64,000 bases of DNA from positions 101,806,001 to 101,870,000 of the forward strand of contig CM059431.1 of the NCBI GenBank assembly GCA_030390025.1. Reading direction: 5' to 3'. The DNA is from Squalus acanthias (lineage: Eukaryota). Below are positions 12,701 through 25,089 of this stretch, piece by piece. Made by a program: the position numbers and the translations under genes. Every line of letters begins with the position of its first letter. The first letter of the stretch is position 1. The notes under the pieces are model-generated. The model was not told the DNA's origin. It ran no database searches and saw nothing but the letters and a program-made list of their open reading frames with translations.

Positions 12701-15700
12701 AGTTCGTCTTTGCTGCTTTGCGGAACCTTGTCTACAAGGTACGAAAGTCACTTTATTTATTTTTTTGCCCCTCTCCTCTTAATAAGGTGTTTACTGCTTG
12801 CCGTTCCAGAAGATTATCTGCGTTTGCACAGAAACCCATTGCCGAGATATTTATTTTTCAGTTTCCATCCACGTTCTTCGAAGGCCGAGCCGATATGTGC
12901 GCCGCAATGTGCTATGAAATTTTGAAGTGTTGCAATTCTAAACTGAGCACAATCCGCAGTGACGCGTCTACGCTCCTTTATTTCTTAATGAGGAACAATT
13001 TTGAGTGGACACGAAGAAAATCCTTTGTGAGAACTCACCTGCAGGTCAGTGCCATCGAAGAAACTGCCTGAACGGGCGGTGGAAGCAGATTCAATAGTAA
13101 CTTTCAAAAGGGGAATTTGGATTTGTACTTGGAAAAAAAATTGCAGGGCGCAGAGGAGTGGGATTAATTGGATAGCTCTTTGTACTCCAAGGATTAAATT
13201 ACGAGGAGAGATTACACAAACTAGGGTTGTATTCCCTGGAATTTAGAAGGTTAAGGGGTGATCTGATCGAAGTTTTCAAGATATTAAGGGAACAGATGGG
13301 GTAGATAGAGAGAAACTATTTCCGCTGGTTGGGGAGTCTAGGACGAGGGGGCATAGTCTAAAAATTAGAGCCAGACCTTTCAGGAGTGAAATTGGGAAAC
13401 ACTTCTACACACAAAGGGTGGTAGAAGTTTGGAACTCTCTTCCCAAACGGCGATTGATGCTAGATCAATTGTTAATTTTAAATCTGAGATTGATAGCTTT
13501 CTGTTAACCAAAGGTATTAAGGGATATGGGCCAAAGGTGGGTAGATGGAGTTAGGTCGCAGATCAGCCCATGATCTCATTGACTGGTGGAACAGGCCCGA
13601 GGGGCTGAATGGCCTCCTCCTGCTCCTATGTTCTTTCAAAGAGCCGGCACAGGCACAATGGGCCGAATTGCCTCCTTCTGTGCTGTATGATTCTATGATA
13701 AAATAAGCTAAATTTCCCACTGTTAAATTGACTGCTTTATTTTCAGTAAATGACAATCAAATACACAATTTCTACATTTTGTACATCTCCACAACAGGTT
13801 TTGCTGTAGCCGGGTATCTGACGGCCTCTGCCATTAGTTAGACTTGCACCCTTCAGCTCAGGATATTTTTTGCCCACTAAGTTGCTGAAAGCGCGAGCTG
13901 ATAACGTCGCAACGAGGGGAAACACGGGGCATCTGGGACCTGAGCGAGCAGGGCAAGCAACAGGGTATCTCCTCAACCAATGAGATTGAAGGAATGGGAA
14001 ATAAACAGCGGAGGGAGGGTGAATTAAAGGGGGTGAATTCAATGTCAAATCAGGTACAGAAAAAGAAAGCCTTGCATTTATACAGCGCCTTTCACGACTA
14101 TCGGACGTCCCAAAGCGCTTTACAGCCAATGAAGTACTTTTGAAATGTAGTCACTGTTGTAATGTAGGAAACGCGGCAGCCAATTTGTGCACAGCAAGCT
14201 CCCAGAAACAGCAATGTGATAATGACCGAATAATCTGTTTTTGTTATGTTGGTTGAGGGATAAATATTGGCCCAGGACACCGGGGAGAACTCCCCTGCTC
14301 TTCTTCGAAATAGTGCTGTGGGATCTTTTACGTCCACCTGAGGGGGCAGACGGGACCTCGGTTTAAAGTCTCATCTGAAAGACGGCACCTCTGACAGTGC
14401 AGCACTCCCTCAGCACTGTACTGGAGTGTCAGCCTAGATTTTGTGCTCGAGTCCCTGGAGTGGGACTATGAACCCACAACCTTCTGACTCAGAGGCGAGA
14501 GTGCTACCAACTGAGCCACTGGCTGACATCATGGAAGAGAAATAAAGAGATGGAAAGAATGATTGGATTGAGAGAGAAAGAAAAAAAACGATACAGAAAG
14601 GAAAAGTAACTACTGTATAAAAAAATTAAAAATTTGACATTTTTTTAAATCTCCCCGAAAAATTCAAAAACCTGAAGGGATGAGACTCCGCACTTGTAAT
14701 CGTTAATTTTCGGTGCGAGAGGTTAATTGGCAGTCATTAACATTAACCATGTTGTTAAGAGTCTCTTGTAATGACGAGACTTAACTTTCTGTGGCGAGTT
14801 TAATGGGCGAATACAGCAAGTTCCTTTAAAATATTCAGCGAGGCGAAGGGCGAGATGACGTTTGCGCGAAGTTACGACGGAGCGCCGTGACTCGGACAGC
14901 AACCTTCAGATATTTGCGTTTAACCGTGCGTCTGCCCCTGGCCTGGAGTTGCTGTGCCATTCACCCGTAAATAACGGCGAGCGCCACTAACCTCACCGTT
15001 ATTTTGACAGCCAATTCTGGCCCAATATTGTTCACGCTCGTCGTCTTCACCTGACTGTCCGACACCACATTAAGCAAGATCAGAGCCTGCATTTAGATAG
15101 CGCCTTTCACAGCCTCGGGATGTCTCGAAGGATTTTACAGCCAATGGATTACTTTTGAAGGCCAGTCCCCGTCGTTACATTGGGTCGATTGGGCTTATAC
15201 TCGCTGGAGTATAGAAGAATGAGAGGGGATCTCATCGAAACATATAAAATTCTGACAGGTCTGGACAAACTAGATGCAGGAAGGATGTTCCCGATGGTCG
15301 GGGAGTCCAGAACCAGGGGTCACAGTCTAAGGATAAGGGGTAAGCCATTTAGGACTGAGATGAGGAAGAATTTCTTCACCTAGAGAGTGGTGAACCTGTG
15401 GAATTCTCTACCACAGAAGTTAGTTGAGGCCAAGTCATTAAATATATTCAAGAATGAGTTAGATATATTTCATAAAGCTAAAGGTATCAAGGGATATGGG
15501 GAGAAGGCAGGTACAGGGTACTGAGTTTGGATGATCAGCCATGATCTCATCGAATGGCGGAGCAGGCTCGAGGGGCCGAATGGCCTACTCCTGCTCCTAT
15601 CTTCTATGTTTCTATAAGCAAATGTGGCAGCTAATTTACGCAAAGCAAGGTCCCACAAACCGACAAGACAAATGGCCAGTTCATCTATTGTTTGGTGGTG

Positions 15701-18700
15701 TTGGTTGCGAGATGAATCGTGGCCAGAGCACTGGGAGAAAACGCTCGTCTACTTTGAATAGTGCCGTGGGGTCATTTACGTCCACCTGAGCAAGGAGGTG
15801 GGATCTGGCCTTGACCACCTTACCTGAAAGACAACTTCTCATACGGCACAGAAGGAGGCCATACGGCCCATCGAGTCCGTGCCGGCTCTCTGTGGAGCAA
15901 TCCAGTCAGTCCCATTCCCCCGCTCTATCCCCGTAGCCCTGCAAGTTTATTTCCCTCAAGTGCCTGTCCAGTCTCCCCTTGAAAACATTGAGTGTCTCCG
16001 CTTCCACCACTTCCATCGGCAGCAAGTTCCAGGTCCTCCCCACTCGCTGCGTAAAAAAGTTTTTCCTCACGTCCCCGCTGTATCTCTTTCCCAAAACCTT
16101 AAATCTGTGTCCCCTAGTCCTTGTACCATCAACTAGTGGGAGCAGCCTTTCCCCGTCTAGCCTATCCAAACCCGTCATAATCTTGTACACCTCTTATCAA
16201 ATCACCCCTATATGCATGTCCTATATGGCGTCAGAATATGTGCAAGGGACAAAGAATTTTCTCTCTCGTTTCTTTTCAATAAAACCTTAATGTTACTACA
16301 TGGGTTTATGTAACTGTGCCATTGTGAAATGGATATTGCTCTGGTTGCAGTTCACTTTAATAGTCCCCTTTTGTTTGTAATGATTTTGATCTTGCAGCTA
16401 GTAAAAAGGATTAAGGTACACCGTGTTCAACTTCGAAAAGAACACTCGCACACTGTTCTTTCACCTTTGAGACCTCGGCTCAAATCCAACTGGAGCTGAT
16501 GGGAAGAAGGCCTACAGTAGCCTGTGAGGACTCGGGCAGGGACCCACAGTGCTGAGCTCTTCCCCCTCCCCCACCCCCAGTTTGGCACCATATTGCCCAT
16601 CTGAGATACCATGAGAATGAAGGGTATGGGAAACGAAAACTATCAGTGTGGAGACTTGAGGTTTGGCCGATGGGATGTTGAGGGGGAACCGAAGCAGTCT
16701 TACCCGTAAGACAAGGTTTTTTGTTTCTGCGCTAAAAATCTGATTTGTATACTGGCCCGGATTTTGCGGTCGGTATCAGGCAGCGTACTCCGAGTGGGCC
16801 GTCACACCTCCTTTGAAATCCACCGCAAGTTCGGGATTTCCACGTGCGCCAAGTCCCGAACTTGCGGTCTCGTCAACCTACGCGCTGACGGGCCTTCCGC
16901 ACCGCCACCGAAAACCCAATCACCGGCGCGGAGTTGGGCTAACTGCCCACCAGCTGCCCAGCAGTTACGTACGGAACTTTTTACGGCTGGTGCAAGCAGG
17001 CGCAGGGCCTGTTTGCACAGCGTAAGGGGAATAACCCGAAATGGAAAAAAAATGCTTTTTTAAAAAAAAATTATGTAACATCCAGGAAGATTAAAAGCTT
17101 CAATGAGAAGCAATCCTAGTTGTAAGATTTTGGATCGCAGGTCACACACATTACCCAGAGGGTCTTAGGGAGTTGTAAGGCACTTTATTAAGGAGCGGCA
17201 GTTTAAGTTAAGTACAACACGCAATCAGGATAGACGTAGTAGACACAAGACCGTGACAACATAAGAACATAAGAAATAGGAGCAGGAATAGGCCACTTGG
17301 CCCCTCAAGCCTGCTCCGCCATTCAATAAGATCATGGCTGATCTTGGGCTCAAAGCCACTTCCCCGCCCGCTCCCCATAACCCTTCACTCCCTTATCTTG
17401 CAAAATTCTGTCTATCTCCACTTTAAATGTATTTAACGACCCAGCCTCCACAGCTCTCTGGGGCAGAGAATTCCACAGATTTACGACCCTCTGAGAGAAG
17501 AAATTCCTCCTCATAGAATCATAGAATCAGAGACTGTGTCATGTCTTTGATAAACTGCCTGTGATTTTCAACCCACTTTGTTAGTCTATCATCTCAGTTC
17601 TAAAAGGGCGACCCTTTATTCTGAGACTGTGCCCCCGAGTTCTAGATTTCCCCATGAGGGGAAACATCCTCTCTGCATCTACCCTGTCGAGCCCCCTCAG
17701 TATCTTATATGTTTCGACAAGCAGCTGGTATCGGTCCTGATCGGACAGTCGGCTGGCTCTTCCCTTCCCTTCACTGTCTGTGCTAAAAGCTCTTTAGGTA
17801 TATCTTTTGCTCTTTTTTTTAGGGGTGGGCCTAGGGTAGATTAGCAAAGATACAACAACAACTTGTATTTATATAGCACCTTTAACGTAGTAAAACATCC
17901 CAAGGCGCTGCACAGGAGCATTTTAAGACAAAAAAAATTTGACATCGATCCACATAAGGATAAATTAGGGCAGGTGACCAAAAGCTTGGTCAGAGAGGTA
18001 GGTTTTAAGGAGCGTCCTAAAGGAAGAGAGAGAGGTAGCGAGGCGGAGAGGTTTAGGCAGGGAATTCCAGAGCTCAGGGCCCAGGCAACAACCTTTCTAG
18101 CAGACAAACAGCAGACAGCGAGTCTGGAAACAAGGTCACCGCCACTTATAACCTCCGCAGGGAACCAAGAAAATCAGCAAATTCGAAGCGTCTTTCCAGT
18201 TATTCTAACACCAGTCTGTTTTGTCTCAAGTTATTTCTTCCAATTCACAGTTTCTTACAATAGTGTATGTTAAAGCTGCGGGGTTTTTTTTAAATAACGT
18301 TCGCATTTCATAACTTTCTGCACAGTGCGCAGCGCTTGTTTAGAAATGGGAATTATAAGTAATGAATTGGATTCATTGATACAAATGATACAAAGATAGG
18401 TGGGTTAGCGAGTTGTGAGGAGGACACAAAGAGTCTGCAAAGGGATATAGACAGGTTAAGTGAGTGGGCAAAAATTTGGCAGATGGAGTATAATGTGGGA
18501 AAATGCGAGGTTATCCACTTTGGAAGGAAGAATGAAAAAGCAAATTATTATTTAAATGGAGTGAGACTACAAAATGCTGCGGTACAGAGGGATCTGGGGG
18601 GGTCCTAGTACATGAAACACAAAAAGTTAGCATGCAGGTACAGCAAGTAATTAGGAAGGCTAATGGAATGTTGGCCTTTATTGCAAGGGGTATGGAGTAT

Positions 18701-21700
18701 AAAAGTAGGGAAGTTTTGATGCAACTGTACAGGGCGCTGGTGAGACCGCACCTGGAGTACTGCGTACAGTTTTGGTCTCCATATTTAAGGAAGGATATAC
18801 TTGCATTGGAGGCAGTGCAGAGAAGGTTCACTAGGTTGATTCCTGGGATGAAGGGGTTGACGTATGACGAAAGGTTGAGCAGGTTGGGCCGATACTCATT
18901 GGAGTTTAGAAGAATGAGAGGTGATCTTACTGAAACATATAAGATTCTGAGGGGGACTGACAGGGTAGATGCTGAGAGAATGTTTCCCCTCGTGGGGGAA
19001 TCTAGAACTAGGGGGCATAGTTTGAGAATAAGGGGTCGCCCATTTAAAACGGAGATGAGGAGGAATTTCTTCTCTCAGAGGGTCGTGAATCTTTGGAATT
19101 CTCTACCCCAGAGAGCTGTGGAGGCGGAGTCATTGAATATATTCAAGGCGGAGATTGACAGACATTTGAATTACAAGGGAGTCGAGGGTATGGGGAGAGA
19201 GCGGGAAAGTGGTGTTGAGGCCAAGATTGGATCAGCCATGATATTGAATGGCGGAGCAGGCTCGAGGGGCCAATTGGCCGACTCCTGCTCCTGTTTCTTA
19301 TGTTCTTATTCCCACGATAAAAGCTAAATCTTGTGACGCTGCAGCAATGAAGTAATTTAAAATGAATGAAAGGCAGTCTGTTTTCTGATTGGAGGACCGG
19401 GCCCGCGGGATCCCGCGTAGGCTTCCGCACGGGCTGCGCCCCTGGGATCCGTGGGCCGTCGCACTGCCCCCCTCTCCTCGGAGCGTCGGAGCGCAGGTTT
19501 ACGCAGGAGGGCCGCCGTCGGCTAGTCGCGTATTCTTTTCGCGGGTCCGTGGCGCACTCCGGAGCTACGCCGCCGACCGCAATTTCTGGGCCAGTAATTT
19601 GAGCAACGTGGCTAAATGGGAATTGACTGCTCATGTGAGGGGCATCGGATCATTTGAACTAAGAGGAATAGGCTGCCCCCGTCATATAATCGGACTGCAA
19701 GAGCTTGACGTTGGGTGCCTGAAATTTGAAAGCGCTTCAGATCCTAACTCCACCACTCAATGAGCTGCAGAAGACCGCGGCCGAGAAATTCGCCTCCGGC
19801 GGTGGCGCAGAACGGGCGGTATCGGATCCGCGGCCCGTTACACGCACCACCTGATGCTCAGTTCCGTTGACGGGCGGCCAACCCGATCCGATCCGCTACC
19901 GCCCGTTCTATGTCACCGCTCCAGACCAATTTCTGGGCCCATGTGGTGATTTAGTTCAGGAGGAGATGGTGAAACTTTTCAGAAACTCAGTACGAATAAA
20001 TGAATCTTTAAACCTGTTGTTATAACATCTGCAGCAAATGTCAGGGTGCGGTAGCATAGCGGTTAGGGTACTGGACTAGTGATCCGGAGACGTGAGTTCA
20101 AATCCCACCACGGCAGCTGGGGAATTTAAATTCAATTAAATAAATCTGGAATAAAAAGCACTTAGTTTTACACTTCGCAATATCCAACTATTCGAGGGGT
20201 ACAGTCACATAGTGGTTATGTTACTGGACTAATAATCCAAAATTAAATTCAGTTAATTAAATAAATCTGGAATAAAAAGCTAGTATCAGTAAAGGTGACC
20301 ATGAAACTGTCGTAAAAACCCATCTGGTTCACTGATGTCCTTCAGGGAAGGAAATCTGCCGCCTTTACCCGGTCTGGCCGATATGTGACTCCAGACCCAC
20401 AGCAATGTGGTTGATTCTTAACTGCCCTCTGAAACGGCCGAGCGAGACACTCAGTTGTACCAAACTGCTACGACAAAGTCACCGTGGGAGCACCTTCACC
20501 ACACGGACCGCAGCGGTTCAAGAAGGCGGCTCACCACCACCTTCTCAGGGCAATTAGGGGGGGGCAATAAATGCTGGCCCTTGCCAGCGACGCCCACAAA
20601 TAAAATAAAATCAGACTTTTGTCAAATTGGCAGTGACCGTTCAAACAAGTTATGTTGACCAGAACATTTTTTAGCACTTTCTCTCTCAATATTACCAGAA
20701 GTAACGTGTTGGATTTAAATATCACAAGTCTTGGAACGATTCCAGTGCAATGGTGAGAAAGCGGAACCCACTGCCACATGGAATGGCTGAGGCAGATCAC
20801 GTAGATGCATTTAAAAGAAAGACTTGCAATTGTATAGCACCTTTCACGACCTTCGGATATCCCAAAGTGCTTTACAGCCAATGAAGTACTTTTGAAGTGT
20901 AGTCACTGTTGTAATGTAGAAAACGCAACAGCCAATTTGCGCACAGCAAGCTCCCACAAACAGCAATGTGATAATGACCAGATCATCTGTTTTTAGTGAT
21001 GTTGGTTGAGGGATAAATATTGGCCCCAGGACACCGGGGAGAACTCCCCCTGTTATACTCCCCACTTAAAGGAAGAGCTAGATAAACACACGAGGGGGAA
21101 AGCAATAGAAGGATACGCTGATAGGGTGAGATGAAGAGGGGTGGAGGAGGCTCGTGTGGAGCATAAACACTGGCATTGACCAGATGGGCCGAATGGCCTG
21201 TTTCTGTGCTGTAAACTCTATGCAATAAGAGCATTGGAAAATAGCTTTGTGTAATTTTTTTTTTGTTTGCGGTCTAAGTGATTGTATTGGTTTCTGCAGG
21301 TAATCATCGCAGTAAGCCAATTAATAGCGGATGTGGTTGGAATTGGAGGGACAAGATTCCAGCAATCACTGGCTATTATTAACAATTGTGCCAATAGTGA
21401 CAAAGCTGTAAAGGTGAGCAACCTATGATTGTTTAGTTGTTCGATCGATGATCAATTGTTGCCTTTTTTTCTGTGTGTGTGTGTGTATTCTTGCAGCACA
21501 CTCTTTTTCTTCGACGGCTGTGGTCGGTTCCCATTGGCACCAAGTGTCTTCCTGTACCCAGGTTGCCATTCAGTGGGTGCGAGCTCTCTACCACCCAGAG
21601 TGTGTACCATCTACAAGATGCACTGCAGCAACTCGCCAAGGCTTCTTCGGCAACACCTCCCAAACCCGCACCCTCTACCATCTAGAAGGACAAGGGCAGC

Positions 21701-22831
21701 AGGCGCATGGGAACACCACCACCTCCAAGTTCCCCTCTAAGTCACACACCATCCTGACTTGGAAATATATCGGCCGTTCCTTTATCGTCGCTGGGTCAAA
21801 ATCCTGGAACTCCCTCCCTAACAGCACTGTACGAGCACCTTCACCACACGGACTGCAGCGGTTCAAGAAGGCGGCTCACCACCACCTTCTCGAGGGCAAC
21901 TAGGGATGGGCAATAAATGCTGGCCTTGCTGGTGACTCCCACATCCTAGGAACGAATAATATTTTTAAAAAGAGCTGAGACTGGAGCTCAGTCCCGTCCT
22001 GCCCCCCCACACCCACCCCCCAACGCATGCACTTTGCAGCAAGACCCAATGAACGGCGATCAGGGGAAACAATACTGGCTGATTTTGTTTTTATTGCACA
22101 ATTACCCCCCCACCCCCCAACCCCAACCAGAAAAAGGCTCTGGGGTCTGAGGTCAATTGCTGTCACTATTATTTCAGTATTGGTCGAGCAAAATGCACCG
22201 TTCATTTTTGTCCGATCAATGGCTCGTTGTAAATATCTTCTTTTGCCACACTCGCTTGTTGTATTCATTGAACGTTAAATGAGGAATCTAATATTCTTCT
22301 GGGCTTCCGTTGCTGTTAGCGTACAGACACTTGGAAGCGCAGTCCCCAACACGTGCGCCCTTTCCGCTTATCCAGAACACTCGCCTGTACTGGGCGAACA
22401 GTGACTGCTGCCAACAAACAGACTGGAAGCTACCCAGAAGCGTTCTGCTCATAAATGTTAACGTTAACCAATTCAACTTGTAATTTTTATTTTCTTCAGT
22501 TCGGCAGCAGCAGCGACCTCTCTTCCCCCACCCCCCTCCCCTCCTTTATCTCTCGGCTCAGTTCGGCAGCGCATAAATGTTATTTCAGCTTTTAATTTTT
22601 ATTTTCTTCTCCTGGCGCGGTTCAGTTCAGCAGCAGCAATCAGACTTTAAATTTTTATCTTCTTGAGTTCGGCCGCAGCAATCTCTCATCCCCACCCCCT
22701 CCTCCCTCTCTCTCTCTCCCCTCCCCCTCCTCTCTCTCTCTCTCTCTCTCTCTCTCCTCCCTCCCTCTCTCTCCCCTCCCCTCCCCTCCTCCCTCTCTCT
22801 CTCTCTCTCTCCCCACCCCCTCCCCTCCCCT

Positions 22832-22871
<40 letters not shown>

Positions 22872-22879
22872 CCTCCCCA

Positions 22880-22915
<36 letters not shown>

Positions 22916-25058
22916 CCTCCATTCCCCTCCTCCCTCTCTCTCTCTCTCTCTCCCCTCCCCCTCCCCTCCTCTCTCTCTCACCAATCTGTGGGAGGTCCGC
23001 TGAGAACAACCAAACACCCACTGGAACGGCGCAGGCCCAACCACTTTATTTTGTTGGCAGCAGCCCCGTCCTTGGGCAAATGGCGCTGACCCTTTGACAT
23101 CACACGGGCGCCAATTACAAACCGTATTAAACGGGCCGACTATTTCAGGCAGTTCAGCACTTACCAACTTTTTAAAAGCCAATTTTGTTATGGCTGCATC
23201 TCGCTTTGCAACATAAACAGCGAGACAGGCCGGGCCAGAGAGAGCGAGACAGAGGCAGAACCAGAGAGAGAGAGAGACAGGCCGGGCCAGAGAGAGAAAG
23301 AGAGACAGGCCGGGCCAGAGAGAGAGAGAGAAAGACAGGCCGAGCCAGAGAGAGAGAGAGAGAGAGAGAGACAGGCCGGGCCAGAGAGAGAGAGAGACAG
23401 GCCGGGCCAGAGAGAGAGAGAGACAGGCCGGGCCAGAGAGAGAGAGAGACAGGCCGGGCCCAGAGAGAGAGAGAGACAGGCCGGGCCAGAGAGAGAGAGA
23501 GGGAGACAGGCCGGGCCAGAGAGAGAGAGAGGGAGACAGGCTGGGCCAGAGAGAGAGAGAGCGAGACAGGCCGGGCCAGAGAGAGAGAGAGCGAGACAGG
23601 CCGGGCCAGAAAGAGAGAGAGAGAGACAGGCCGGGCCAGAGAGAGAGAGAGAGAGACAGGCCGGGCCAGAGAGAGAGAGAGACCGGCCGGGCCAGAGAGA
23701 GAGAGAGACAGGCTGGGCCAGAGAGAGAGAGAGACAGGCCGGGCCAGAGAGAGAGAGAGACAGGCCGGGCCAGAGAGAGAGAGAGAGAGGCCAGGCCAGA
23801 GAGAGAGAGAGAGAGGCCAGGCCGGGCCCAGAGAGAGAGAGAGAGAGGCCAGGCCAGAGAGAGAGAGAGACAGGCCGGGCCAGAGAGAGAGAGGCCAGGC
23901 CGGGCCCAGAGAGAGAGAGAGAGAGGCCAGGCCAGAGAGAGAGAGAGACAGGCCGGGCCAGAGAGAGACAGGGCCAGGCCAGAGACAGAGAGAGAGACAG
24001 GCCGGGCCCAGAGAGAGTCAGAGAGAGACAGGCCGGGCCCAGAGAGAGAGAGAGAGACAGGCCGGGCCAGAGAGAGCGACAGGGAGAGGCCGGGCCAGAG
24101 AGAGAGAGAGAGAGAGGCCGGGCCAGAGCGAAGCACAAATAGAATCCAGACATGGTAGCAGAGGTTGAAGCTGCCCAAAGTTTCCACTGCCTCCTGTGGT
24201 TGTTAACAGTGCCAACAGCTGATGGGGGCTCTGGGCAGCTACAGTCAGCTGTTCCCACTGTTAACTACGGGAGGCAGTTCGAAAAGTGCAGCCCCGCCAC
24301 CTTCAGTCACCCCCACCCCCATCCCCGGGGCCTCAAACCCCCGCCAGCCATTCTCGTCAGCTTGTTGAATCCCCACCTCTAAACAAGAAGTTCTTGATTG
24401 CACCGGCCACTGCGTATAGCGGGCGAATCGCGTTGACACCGCGGTGCGGGCGATGTTTATATATTTACCTGAAAGAGGAGACTTGGTAAAACTATGCGAC
24501 AAAGTGATGTTCCAAGTGCCTCTTCCATTGCAGGCCACTGGATTCCCTTCCGAGGTGAAAGACTTAACAAAGCGTATTCGCACAGTACTGATGGCTACGG
24601 CCCAAATGAAAGAGCATGACAATGATCCGGAAATGCTTGTGGATCTTCAGTACAGCCTGGCAAAGTCCTACGCTAGCACTCCGGAGCTGAGGAAAACCTG
24701 GCTGGACAGCATGGCAAAAATCCACGTCAAACATGGCGATCTGTCCGAGGTAATTTAACAAGACCATCATCCTCTTGTTTGAAGGAAGAAAGAACTTGCA
24801 TTTATATAGCGCCTTTCACAACCTCAGGAAGTCCCAACGCACTTTACAGCCAATTAAGTACTTTTGAAGTTCAGGAAACGCAGCAGCCAATCTGCGCACA
24901 GCAAGCTCCCACAAACAGCAACGTGATAATGACCAGATAATCTAGTTTTTTTTAGTATTGTTGATTGAAGGATAAATATTGGCCCAAGGCACCGGGGATA
25001 ACTCTTCTTCAAAATAGTGGCCGTGGGATCGTTTACATACACCTGAGGGCAGACGGGG

Positions 25059-25089
<31 letters not shown>

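Larger units (their letters stand above)
17121..18259 (-). mobile_element. Putative solo LTR interrupted by CR1 and L2
   Basis: TGTAAGA...TCTTACA termini, flanks ctagt/atagt, aataaa on the minus strand about 65 nt from the left end. Confidence 0.5.

Noticed and set aside
22655..24258. 510, 356 and 327 aa SL/RE-rich ORFs
   Set aside because: Translations of CT/GA microsatellites.
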